DNA of 64,000 nucleotides from the NCBI GenBank assembly GCA_047495785.1, contig JBLDXI010000009.1, positions 1,798,001 to 1,862,000 on the forward strand, written 5' to 3'. A program made the position numbers and the translations under genes. This stretch comes from Lepidodermella squamata. Taxonomy: Eukaryota; Animalia; Gastrotricha. Below the pieces are notes generated by a model that searched no databases, was not told the DNA's origin, and saw nothing but the letters and a program-made list of their open reading frames with translations. Shown one piece after another: positions 38,487-50,048 of this stretch. How positions within the stretch are numbered: position 1 is the first letter of the stretch; every line of letters starts with the position of its first letter.

Positions 38487-41400
38487 TATAGTAAATTCAA
38501 AAATAAGACATTGTGATGCACATCGACTTCTGCGAATTTTTCGAGTTTACACGAATTAGCTCTGTCAAATACGAATTCCGTTATTTGAAATCGTTTGTTT
38601 TCGGCATCGATGAGGTTGTCATGGACTGTTTAATCTCCTTCGCGCTCTTCCAGGTCGTTCACCGCGTTATTTGCCCTTTTTCGTAACCCCAGGGAAATTC
38701 GAAAAATCGCTTCAGTAATATGACAATCGGTATAATGCGATCACAGATAGATAGGTTAGGCTGAGATGATTAATCTCGTATTCAATTTATTCAAATTAAA
38801 TTAAGTAATTCTTATGATTTTTTGTCAATTTTTTGCTGTGAAATCGCGTGCCTGATCAATTTGTTGCTTCATCGCCCGGCTTCGCCCGGTCTCAAAAGGC
38901 CGCGGGCGTTACGGGCTGGGCGGGAAGTGCGGGAAACTAGAGAAAATTGCTGAATGCTCTGCGAACGATACGGGCGAGTCGGGCTGTGTGGGCAGAATAA
39001 AAAAATGTACATGGGCAGTGCCCGGCTTTTTTGCGTTCGGGCAGGCCGGGCTGAATAAAAAAATACACCCCTATCGACACGAATGTCGTGCGGCGGTCGG
39101 TTGCTGCATCAGTGGACGACGCTTGCTGCGTGAAAAACAGCGCGCGAGAAGCGGAGGCGGACGACGACGAGGACGACGATTTCATCGATTGTGTCATCGA
39201 TGAAGATGAAGCTGCTGCTGGTGCGGCTGGCTGCCACTGTCGTTTTGTAGCCGAGCTGAAGCCCTGTTGTACTGCAGGAACTTGGCTGCGGCTAAACGTT
39301 TGAAAATTAATATCGGCGGCTTGGTGGGACGATTTTTTCTTGAACAACAGGCTGATGTCGTGCGTCATCGAATTGGCCACGCCGATGAAGGTGTTGCCAC
39401 ACGTTGTCACATCACCAGACGGCGATAACTTACACTGAAACAGGACAATTTTCAGATTTTTGTCAGGTTGCCTGTTCAGTCTCGCGAAGAACTCAACATT
39501 CTTCTCGTTCCAGACTGTCACCTCTGCGAATCACAAAACAATAAATTATGGAATTTTGAAAATATTATACTGTATAACGAGGTCTTCTTTCGCAGTATCA
39601 TTAATAAAATTTTCGATAAAAAGATTTCCCGTAAATAAAATGACTTACTTAACTGCGTGTCTCCGCCGTCTCCATCAGAGAGCGTCAGCGATCCGCAATG
39701 GCAAAGCCTGCTATCATAGCTGGCTGGATTGCTGCGAGTCCCGACCTCGGCGAAATCAGCGAACGTCCCAACAATAGAAATAACTATTTCGCGACCGACT
39801 GGCTTGAGGTCGGCCAGCGAGCGAATGTCGACGTAGCCATTCTCATCGTCGACTAACGGCATAAAATCGTCGATGTTAAATCGAAGATTATCACCATCAT
39901 GACTACTCGTAACCAGCAGCAGGTTGCCGGATTCCTCTCGTGCGATCAGGCGATAGCAGGGCCCTGACGAAACCTGAGGGAAAAAGTTTCGCTTTTTTTC
40001 CGGCATGCCTGCGCTGACGTCGCAGTTTTATGTGATACTTGTCACCGTAATGCAGATTTTCATAAAACTCCTTTGAGTTGAAGAAAAGCTCTCCGAGCTG
40101 AGGTTTCCCTTCCTCGCAGAAAACAAAATTCGTCGCAAATTTATGCTTCATGCCGAAGTTGAGGGTATTCATTGGTCCGAGGAATCTCAGGATTCCAATG
40201 AAAGGCTCCGACTGGCAATTTTTCGACATTCTGATGAGAACCTGACAACTTGAAATAAGCAAAACAATAAGCAACTTTCACGAGCAACAAAAATCTAAAA
40301 AAGTTGAAAAAATGTCAAAACTGGTAGCAGAGCCGTTATACGGAAGATGCGAAATTTGTCCATCATTTTATGTAAAAATTAGCTGATAAATGTATCGAGC
40401 AGCATATACAGCACTCATCTGAAAGTTATTTAGAACAATTGGGTTGGCGAAGCAGAGCATCAAAAGAGCGCCATGATGATGGCGATTACTAAAATAAATC
40501 TAGAGCAAAAGTTTTTGAAACTGGCGAAAAAATGAAAAAATTGGCAGCACGTATGCTAGCGGAACGCGATCGAGACATTTTATTGCGATGATGGCAGCAG
40601 AGTGAATCGCACCAACATTAAATACGGCATCCGCAGAGTTCCAAGAAATTTGATGTGTACTGTGCTGTAAAAAGTATCATCAATATGTTGGCAATATGTC
40701 GAAATTGCGACAAGAATCGACGAGTTTCGTGAAAAGTGCGGGAAACTTTTAATGATACGCATCGTCGCGCTGTAATAAGCAATAAAGCCTCGAGACACGA
40801 CGCAGCGCGTGAAAGAATCGCTACGCAAGTTGCTGTTTTTGCACACATTTTGCTGTATTATTACCGCATCAGCGTCAACGCCGATGCTCATATGCAATTT
40901 GAATTATGATGTTGCGTTCGGAAAACTTTGCTGAAACGAATATACGGCATGATCTGAAAAAATCACCGGTGTCATTGTGATGAAAAAGATGCATAAAGCA
41001 CTGCGACGAACATAATTTTTTTTCAACATCATAAGAAATGGATGATTTAATTATTTTTTGTATGCCCCCCCCTATCTAGAATAATTGCAGGCAGTAACAC
41101 TTTTCTTGATCTGATGTAATCTGCGAAGAAAAAATCGCAGCTAAATAATCATCTCATAGTATTCAGAGAGCATCGACTTCATCAGCAGTTTTTGTGACAC
41201 CCAAACACTTGGCATAACAGTTTGATACCAGGAAATTCAGGTCGCTTTTCGAAGCAGGTGCTGGAATCTACTATGCTGTGTGGGAAAGATTGCCTTTGAG
41301 CATTATTATTTTCTATAGACGATAATAGAACATGAGACTTCCTATAATGGAAAAGGAAAACTGTAACATTCAAATGAGGAAAAGGTTTTTTTCATTGATA

Positions 41401-41829
41401 ATCTGGCGACGGCAAAGGTTGGAACTGCGTGTGCGTTGTGTGTTGGAAAATTATAAGGTGATTTGACGGCTGCTGTTACTACATTCGCGTTGTACTACCA
41501 CGTGCATGGCTGATGATGGTATTTTTGTATACAGCTATATAGCTGCTGTAGAGCATGTCGGAGGCTGACACCCTATAATACGCAAAACATTCAGTCATAT
41601 TGCATCTCATCAGCAGTTGTTCATCTTGTTCATTTTTATTTTTTTCATTTTTAATCAGCCCGGGTTTTTCTGGGATTTTATTATTACATTTTATAACAAT
41701 ATTATAATTGGAAGACCAATTGGAAGAGTTGGAAGAAGAAGAAGGGAAGAGGGAGTGGAAGAATAGAGGGAAGAGAGAGGGGGAAGAAAGAGAAGGAAGA
41801 GGAAGATTGCATGAGGTCATGCTTTTTGG

Positions 41830-43150
41830 ATATTATAACTCAGTGCCCTCGATTTCGCTCAAGCTCGGAAAGCACACAATAAAACAAACACCCTCAATTA
41901 AGTACTTGGGTGTCACGCTGACCCCTCAACTCAGCTGGGAGCCTCACATATCCAGCATCTCCGCGAAGTGCCGTCCGAGAGCTGGTGTCCTACGAGGCAT
42001 CATGACACGTAAGATTTTGCCACAGCCACTAGGACTCATGTTTCATAAATCGATGGCCGAAAGCCTGGCCACGTACGGCTCGCCAGCATGGTCCTGTCAA
42101 CCCAAGTCTTCTATCAACAGACTATTTGAAATACAGGCGAACGGGCTTCGCGCTGCCCTCGATCTGCCTTACGACGCCGATTCCTTTGGCACTTTATTTC
42201 TGGCTGATGTGCCCTCAATTGAAGACATCTTCACCGAACGTCTGGAACGCTACGGCCAACGCTGCCTGGCAGCTGGCGATGTCATGGCCGACTACATTAA
42301 ATACATAGCTTCACTATCTTTCGATAGCTTCGGCCATAAGACCATGAACGATCATTCTCCCGCATGGCGCATACGGCACTTGGTCGATTTAATCCCAGTT
42401 ATGCCTCGGCGCAAAAATTTAAACTGGTTGATATTTGAAGTTCGGCCATCATTGCCAGAAACTTCTACTCTACAGCTGTGCACCTCATCCTTGCCTTTAG
42501 ATCCCTAGCCCTCGAGCCTACCGAGAATATCCTGCCCTCGTCTAATTCAGCGTCAGCCAATGCCTGTCCGTGCCCAGAACCCTGAGGCCTCAAATTCAAG
42601 TAACGTTTGCTTATTATGGCTAATTATTGTGCTTTATACACGACAGACATTTTGGCGAGCCTTGACTGAGCCTTTAAGCCTTTGAGCCCAGAGCCTTGAC
42701 TGAGCCTCCACCCTGAGCCCGCGAGCCTGAGCCTGGTTGGAGCCCTGACCGAGCCAACTGGTAAACAATTGTGCTTTGCCTTTTACAGAGCCTTGACTGA
42801 GCCTTCGCCCTGAGCCTACGTCATACGTGCCTTGAGCCTTCATCTGAGCCCTTCATCTGAGAAACTCACCCATCACCTGCAGTCTCGGAAAAATCTTATT
42901 GAGTAAACTTGAGCCTCCCCTCGTGCTTAATTTATTTTGTGTTGAGGACCAATCCCGAAACCCGAACTCGACTCGGAACAACGGAGCAATCCTAATACGA
43001 ACAGAACAAAGCGTCAAGCCAAGCGAACCACCCAAACAAACCAGCTGCAAACCAGTCACTCAGAATCAAAACGAGTCAATATAACAAAAAATAATAATAA
43101 TAAAATATATAATGATAAAAAAATTAATCATAATGATGTATGATAATTTG
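41830..43150 (+). mobile_element. 5'-truncated LINE (RT thumb/C-terminal region, GAGCC-repeat 3'UTR, A/T-rich tail)
   Basis: IKQTPSIKYLGVTLTPQLSWEPHI...LATYGSPAW...IQANGLRAAL, characteristic of non-LTR RT C-termini. Confidence 0.88.
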
Positions 43151-43464
43151 AGGATATGATGAAATACCTGACTCTGCCCCTGGTCCGAGAGCAACTTAAT
43201 ATTTAATGTTGGATGGACTTGAAACAATAAATCTGAAAAACTGCCATCAGCTGTGGGTCACGCACATTGTGTACGCATAGCCAATGCGCGATACACTTTT
43301 CCTGTGTTCACATAGCCACATCCATTTTTTTATTGTCGATTCGGATTTTCGATCATGTGATTTTTCAAAGAATACATCTCGAAAAGTACCTCGAAAAGTG
43401 CTGCTAATTTACCCACAAGGAATCGGCCGTCTCTCAGTTTAGCGATGACCCAGAGCCCGACTCT

Positions 43465-43720
43465 GAGGTGCGTTTTTTATTAAAACCGTGGTGCTATTGT
43501 TCAGCGCTGTGATCAATGTTTCGGTGAGATTCGCAACAGAGGCGGCCAAATGTTCTTAATCCGCGCGGGGATTTGTCTTTTCTGACCGGCCTTGATCGCA
43601 ATTCGAGCCGTTCAGTTCATGATAGACGTGCCGGTTGTGATTTCTCTGTTGCGAATCTCACCGAAAAATTGATCACAACGCTGAACAATAGCACCACGGT
43701 TTTAATAAAAAACGCACCTC
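43465..43720. mobile_element. 256-bp MITE with ~75-bp TIRs
   Basis: GAGGTGCGTTTTTTATTAAAACCGTGGTGCTATTGTTCAGCG ... CGCTGAACAATAGCACCACGGTTTTAATAAAAAACGCACCTC; TSD not resolved. Confidence 0.85.
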
Positions 43721-44029
43721 TGTAATCGATAATCGAAGCGCTGGCGCCAGCGATTTGTGCGATCGATCGATTTGTAATTAGTTCAGTTTTGTACTCCAGG
43801 ACAATAAGTTAATCCCCTGCCATATGGCCCCCATAGCGTTGTATGGTTTTGGTGGGGAGTGAGCACTCTATCATCTCTATGGTACTATCACAATTCCTCT
43901 CTGTCAGATTCTTATTTAGCTGTAATAAGGGCCCTTTCTGTACGGCACGTCTCATTTATGTGTAAAAGTGTATAATTAACGGCTCTGTTGTTCGAGTGGT
44001 TTTGGAAGATCTTACTACTACCGAATTCA

Positions 44030-44253
44030 AGGCTGGAGCAATAAGGCAGCCAAGGCAGCGACTAGCGATTGCTAGTGAAAAAATGGCTGAGCAAGCTGAG
44101 ACAATTGGTAAGGTTCTAGGTGAGGATATTGTGTACCAAACTACGCCTATCGAAGTTTTCCGTAATTTGCCGTTTCCTGGTGCGGCTGATATGGCGAACA
44201 TGTTCCAGTTTTGCCAGGATTTAGCCGCGATTTCGAAGCTACGAAAAAGCTGA
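44030..44253 (+). pseudogene. Isolated fragment of an NmrA-like (NMRAL1) gene
   Basis: EQAETIGKVLG...FRNLPFPGAADMANMFQF resembles the NMRAL1 C-terminal LGFPGA.DLANMF.F motif; no Rossmann N-terminus nearby. Confidence 0.6.
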
Positions 44254-44800
44254 ACCCGAAACTCATGACGTTTGATCATTTCTTGGTGCCTTACGGCAAA
44301 CTTATCAAAGCTTTTGCAAAACGTGGAAATATCAGAAAAATTGATTATTTTATTTGGCTCTTTTAACATTAAGGAAGATCAAAAATGATACAGTTTCTAA
44401 ATGTCACTGTTGGCGAAAAGTCTGCTGGAAAAAAATAAACTTAGGTATGTGATTTGTAATTCGGAATTCAGAGACTTTGAAATTTGTTTCATTCGCCATG
44501 CACCATAACCACGAAAAATAAAGAATAGGCATTAGGCAACAACGGACGAGGCGAGGGATGTTATTGCTTTCCTTATAGTCGGCCTCACTTTTTCCTCTTT
44601 GAAGTGACGACACGCGATCTGACTCGGATGTTGTTACCTCCAATGACTGGGTTGTCCGTTGTCCGACCACACATAGGAGAACCGCACGTGACGATGGTGA
44701 CAAGAGATTCCTGTTATTAAACAAAACATTTCCCTTAATTTCAACCTGTAGAAATCGGTTTATTCTTGTGTTTTGCTTTGATTAATAGTACTAAAAATTG

Positions 44801-47384
44801 ATGAAACTGTTACTCATCCCAACATTGGCCGTGTTTTTCACTGCCATCAACGTGGCGCTAAGCGGCGAATGGTCTCGTTGCTTTTCGCAATTCGATGACG
44901 CATTAACTGATTGCCGGGAAATACCGAACGGCTGTTGGCAATTACGCGAATATCAAGTGAGTTAATATTGGATACTATTATAACGCTTTTTCAGTAACTT
45001 TCTGTACCAACCTCAGAGTTTAATGATTTCTTTCTGGCTAAGGATAGCATAGCATAGGAAAAAACTGTCTTACTGTCCAATAAATGTCTCCAAGGATCAA
45101 GGATAAAAAAACGCCTCCCATCGTAGATTTTCTAATTATTTTACCATGTGTCTCAATTGTTTGCGTTGCTTAAGAGATGAGGCACAATATAGTAAATAAA
45201 TCAATTATTTTTCGGCAGCTTGGAGACAACCAGCCAGATAAAGCCACGTGTATGAAGGCGGTAAGTTTTCTCGCCCTGATAGTTTGCCTTTGAAGGTCTT
45301 GTTTTTTTTTTACCGCAGACGGCCAGGCTGTGCTACAGATTCACCAGTTACGCAGCAACATGTCGACCTGGCAGCCCTGGCTGCGGCAAAAACAACGAAA
45401 TCATGGTTGGTCCATTATTGTTAACCTTATATTTAGGCTACGTTCAGAGAAATTTCCTGGACGGAAACGAAAACATTTTTGTCAAACTATAAATAGCTCG
45501 CACGCGATCGACTTTATTATAGGCTAAAAAGCTCAACCAAAGTCTCTCAATACTTTTCGAAAAATAATCGAAGAATGAGGAAATTAAAATTAAAGGCATC
45601 TAGGTGTAACAGATCAAGCACTCAAACATTATTTCATAAAGCTCCAATAATTTAAATTGTATGTTTACAATCTCCGTTCTTCCCAATCAAGGTTGGCGGT
45701 TCCTATAATGGCGTCTATCCATTCAGGTCAAATTTAGCGGCCTGTGCTAACGATTACAACGCTTTTCCTGTAAGAAGCCTTTTTTACCCTTAAATGAAAC
45801 ATTTAAATTGTTTTATTCTTCAACAGAATTGGAAATTCGACTCGTGTGCTGATTCGGCTCAACGGCTAGTAACTTGCACTCCGAGCAATTTTCCGTGCCC
45901 AACAAATTCGGTAAAATTATTGAAAGCATCGCTCAAGTACCTGTTAATGGGCTTATCAATTCAGACAATAGCTGTGAAGGGATTTCAGAGTTTGGGTGCT
46001 TGTCTGCAAAGCATCAGCAGTAAGTGCTTGGCAAGGCTTGGCTTTTGTTTCCAAATTTCGCTATATTTTCTGCTTCGTAGGCGAAGCTGCTGATGCTGTA
46101 AAGCCGCATATCCGTTGCTTCAACACTGTCACTCGCGAATTCACTGGTTGCCGGTTGAATTGCGTTGCCAATGAGACAGGCGAATTTTCCACTGGTGTCT
46201 ACAGAAACAAAGCAAACTGCTTATCCTGGGTAACGTTCTTCTGGGAAAATACTAGAAATTAAAATTATCATTTCTGTTTTAAAGTTTGCTGTTCAGTGCG
46301 ATACGCCAGACGGCAAAAAATGCTTCAATATCTGCCCGGACGGTTCAACACAGGTAGAGGCTACGGAAACAGTTCTGCCTTGAATCATGATTTAATGTTT
46401 GCCAAAATAGCTGAATGTCTATTCAAACTCGACAAAATTCGCTGAAAACTACGCAGCCTGTATGAAAGATCTAAGGCCTCCAAAGTATTTCCTCGAGCCA
46501 ACGAGACGCTACTTTCGGGATCAAATGAAGGCCTGTAAAGACAGAGGCGGCCGCCTTGCGACTATCTTTTCGAAAGCTGATTTCGATGAGGCTGCAAAAC
46601 TTCCGGAAGTGGTGGGCCTAATCGGGTTGATGGCTGATTACATGTGGGAGGATGGCACTTTGGTCAGCATTAATTCTCCATTTTGGCGGACAGGCGCTCC
46701 ATCAGGCTCCGGAGCAAAATGTGAATTTTGTATTCCCTAAAACCAAATTCTTGCTTCGCTCCATCATTTCTTGCATTTGTCACGACTACTCGTTGAGTAT
46801 CTTTTCTTTGATAATCTTCCAATCAAATTTTCGTATTTTAAGGTATGGCCTTGCAGGCCGAGGACGGCTTCGAGAATGAGCAATGCGATCTTAAAACGAA
46901 TGGTATTTGTGGCGGGAAAGTAATATAATTGCAGCTATCTCGTGATAAATTGATCATTGCAAATATATTCTAGACATTGGCAGACCTGGAGGTTACGCCA
47001 ACCACCGGTGATAGAGATGCAATGGCAGCTTACTGTGCCAGCCGAAACAAATCGCTGGTCATTATCAAGGACCAGGCGACTTACGACGCAGCCAGGGCTA
47101 TTATGAATCAGACTGAATATTACGGATTTTTCATAGGAGGGAAGCTAGTGCAGCCCAGGACCTATTCTTGGATAACGGACGTGCCCTTCAACAACTCGGC
47201 ATTCGCTTTTGCTGAGGATCAAGCAGATCATGCAGATGGCTTGGACTGTAAGCCAGAAACGTCTTCTATCTATTTAACGCGTTCGCTCTTCTACTTTGTT
47301 ATCTAGGTGCGGGACTACTATTCGGTAAATTGGTCAGATTAGGCAACAGTTATGCGTATTCTGCCATATGCGAACGAACCTAGG
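44801..47384 (+). CDS. Secreted Cys-rich protein with two C-terminal C-type lectin-like domains, ~12 exons
   Basis: Signal peptide MKLLLIPTLAVFFTAINVALSG; chain of GT-AG exons; CKDRGGRLATI...IGL...WEDGT..FW..GAP and AYCASRNKSLVII...FIGG...YSW...AICE* CTLD motifs. Confidence 0.8.
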
Positions 47385-47508
47385 GGCTCAACCAAACCAC
47401 TAAAAGTCGAGCCTGCGCAATACTGCTTGGCTGTAGATCTACATTGAATAATTGTGAAAGATGAACCATTAGAGTCTAATTTTCTTGTGCTTAATAAATA
47501 GGGTCACC

Positions 47509-47913
47509 ACCACAGCGTAACAGAAATAACCAAAGTGCAACACAAAATTTAATATTTTGCAGCACACATTTTTGCAACACACAACCTTGTTTTTGGCATT
47601 TGTGAAACAAGTAAAATTCAGGCATACCAATAGATGTTATCGGGGGCGCGGAATACGACCGTGGTAATTGTTTGAATGTCAAGGACGTTGGTACCGGGTA
47701 AACCGGGTAAAAACCGGGTAAAACCGGGTAAAACCGGGTACTACCCGGGTAAAAATTGAAAATCGTCCCTTTCGGTTTTCATATTCGGATTGAGCGTAAA
47801 AAACTGCCCTTATCCTATGTCTTCTTGTTATATCGAACTTACAAGTTACAGAAATAAGTTATGTGTTGCAATTTTATCCTGCTGCAAATTGGTGTTTTGT
47901 GTTGCGCTGTGGT
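47509..47913. mobile_element. MITE containing nested (ACCGGGTAAA)n subterminal repeats
   Basis: ACCACAGCGTAACAGAAA ... TTTTGTGTTGCGCTGTGGT; 6 copies of CCGGGTA at 47694-47751. Confidence 0.6.
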
Positions 47914-48418
47914 TTTAAGTGTAATAAATAAGTATTGATCAGTGTAATCTTAATTTTCATTTTTTCCTTTTTAATTTACAAATATTTTTGAATCTCATGA
48001 ATGAACTGTGAATCAAATAAACGATGTATTCCACCGAGAGCAATAAATTTTCTGAGCCCTGAGTCGCACACTGAACAAAGCCCATTACCTGGCCGGGATT
48101 TCCTGTTATACAAGGATTTCAGCAAAAGACACTTTGTCAGAACGACACTTTAGCAGAAAAAGGGACTCCCAACGGCTAAGACAAAGAAGACGTGGAAACT
48201 GAAAAATGAACTGAGTCAAGCTTCCCAAAATTAGACACACTAAAGCTGCTGCGCACTACGCATTGTCAGAAAAATATCATCATTGTGTGTGATGAATTTA
48301 TTTTACGAATTATAATGCAGTTCAATTGACGCCTATCCATGCGTGAATGGCTGTTTTATTACAGACTAATAAGCGAAAAATAATATTTGTCATCATCTCA
48401 AGTGTTCATAATAGTTAT

Positions 48419-50048
48419 TTAAAAGGTGCGCCGTGTGATTACAACGTCAAATTTCGGGGGTATATTGGTGATGCTGTGCTTGCCCGCATCCAAGTCGACT
48501 TCGTAGCCTTCATTCGGGAAAGCAAAGTTGAATCGTTGCAGCATGGCAACTATGAAAATGAAGTATTCGATGCGAGCCAGCTGCTCGCCCAGGCAGATTC
48601 GAGGCCCAACTCCGAAAGGCATGAAGTGCGTTGAATGAGTCAGCAGAGTTCCGTCTTCGGCAATCCATCTTTCTGGCCGGAAAACCTCAGGATCTCCCCA
48701 ATACGCTTCATCATTGTGAACGGTCCAAACGTTGTACTGAATGGTGGTGTTTGGCGGGATTCGATACCCTGCGATAAATTATTATTTATGATTTCATATT
48801 GACGAAAATCGTTTTTCAAACCTTCAAATTCGATCGATGAGTGTTTTACGGCATGAAACAGCGAGCTCGGAACGATTGAAACTTGTCGCAGAATCTCACA
48901 CATCATGGCATCGATGTAGACCAGCTTCTTACGGTCTTCCAACGACGGCATGCTGTCGGTTTTTATGACCGAATCAATCGCTTCTTGACACTTTTTCTGA
49001 TACTCGGGCCATTTGCATAGGTAGAGAATCGTCCAATTCAAGGATGTTGCCGTTGTTTCAGTGCCAGCTAGCAGCATGTCTCGCATAACGGAAACAAAGG
49101 AATCTAGATCAAAGCCTGCACCTTTCTTGTCGTCACCAGCCAGATACATGTCAATGAAGTCGCTCAGGTTATCTGGTTGGAAAACAGGTCGACGCTCCTC
49201 AACAGCATCAGTAATTAAATGCTTGACGTATTTATCGATATCCATAACGTCGATCACCTGCGGCGGCAGTTTAAATTTAGCGAGTATGGGTAAAGCGAAG
49301 AATATTGCGTTGTCCTGGAAAGGGCGCTCGAAAAATACAGATGTTAGACGGAGAAGTTCGGCGAATTTCGGGTCGCTGTAATCCAGTCTTTGGCCCATAG
49401 CGACCGAATAAATCACGTCGGAAACACTGCTTTGTAGTAGTTTATCGAAATGGCTCTCGACCGTGCCGACGCGGCGATCGATTTCTCGAACTATAGCCGC
49501 AGCTTCGTCTTGAATCTTCGCCACCATTATGTTAGTTCCAAGGCCAAGGTCACGAAGCCCTTTGTGTCCGAATCGACGATTCTTTACCCAGGTTTCACCA
49601 TCAGCAGCTACAATGCCTGGAATCAGCGTGCAGTAGCCGGGCATAAAGGAATCTGGCCGATAGCTAAACTGCTTGGCGGTGGAGATTAGAGCCTTCCGGA
49701 TAAGCTCGGGTGAGCTGAGGTTAACGATTCGCATTTGACCGAAGTAAAACGTGAATATAGGGCCATGTTCTTTCGTCAGTCTCTTGAATATTCGCCATGG
49801 CTTGTCTCTAATTGTATCAGCGAAAATATCGACAGTTCCTTCAACAAATTATTATCAAAATATCGAGTTTGCAGATTTTATAAATTAGTTTTACCGATAA
49901 ATGGCTTCGGTCTGGGGCCAGGTGGCAATCGCCTAAACCAGTCTAAAATGTACACACGCGAACCGTACAGAACGAAAGCAGCCGGCGTTACCAAGTACCA
50001 ATATGACTTGATAAATTCGGCTGCGGCCTGGATTATCAGGTAAATCAT
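48419..50048 (-). CDS. Cytochrome P450, CYP2 clan, intact, 3 exons
   Basis: PPGP, WVKNRRF, AGTETT, EILR, PERW and heme motif FGVGPRICLGE. Confidence 0.95.

Larger units (their letters stand above)
36639..39073. mobile_element. Non-autonomous hAT-like element (TAGGG termini, CCCG/CGGG subterminal repeats)
   Basis: TAGGGTGTATTTTTTATTC ... GAATAAAAAAATACACCCCTA; degenerate 8-bp TSD (GCGACTAC / TCGAC-AC). Confidence 0.8.
36050..40229 (-). pseudogene. Divergent RPA70-like tandem OB-fold gene, frameshifted (~40025) and interrupted by a hAT element
   Basis: FYENLHYGDKYHI (DBD-A-like), IVISIVGTFADF...LTLSDGDG..QL|KVTVWNE..FF (DBD-B-like). Introns at 39524-39648, ~36400-36569 and ~36088-36146; the reading frame resumes after the hAT as VVAGNPYFEK; stop at 36050. 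Confidence 0.65.

Noticed and set aside
40580-40897. Third gene of the module
   Set aside because: Short overlapping ORFs with no recognisable motif or clear splice pattern.
47694-47751. Telomere-like (CCGGGTAAAA)n
   Set aside because: Only ~6 irregular copies inside a TIR element; typical subterminal repeats.
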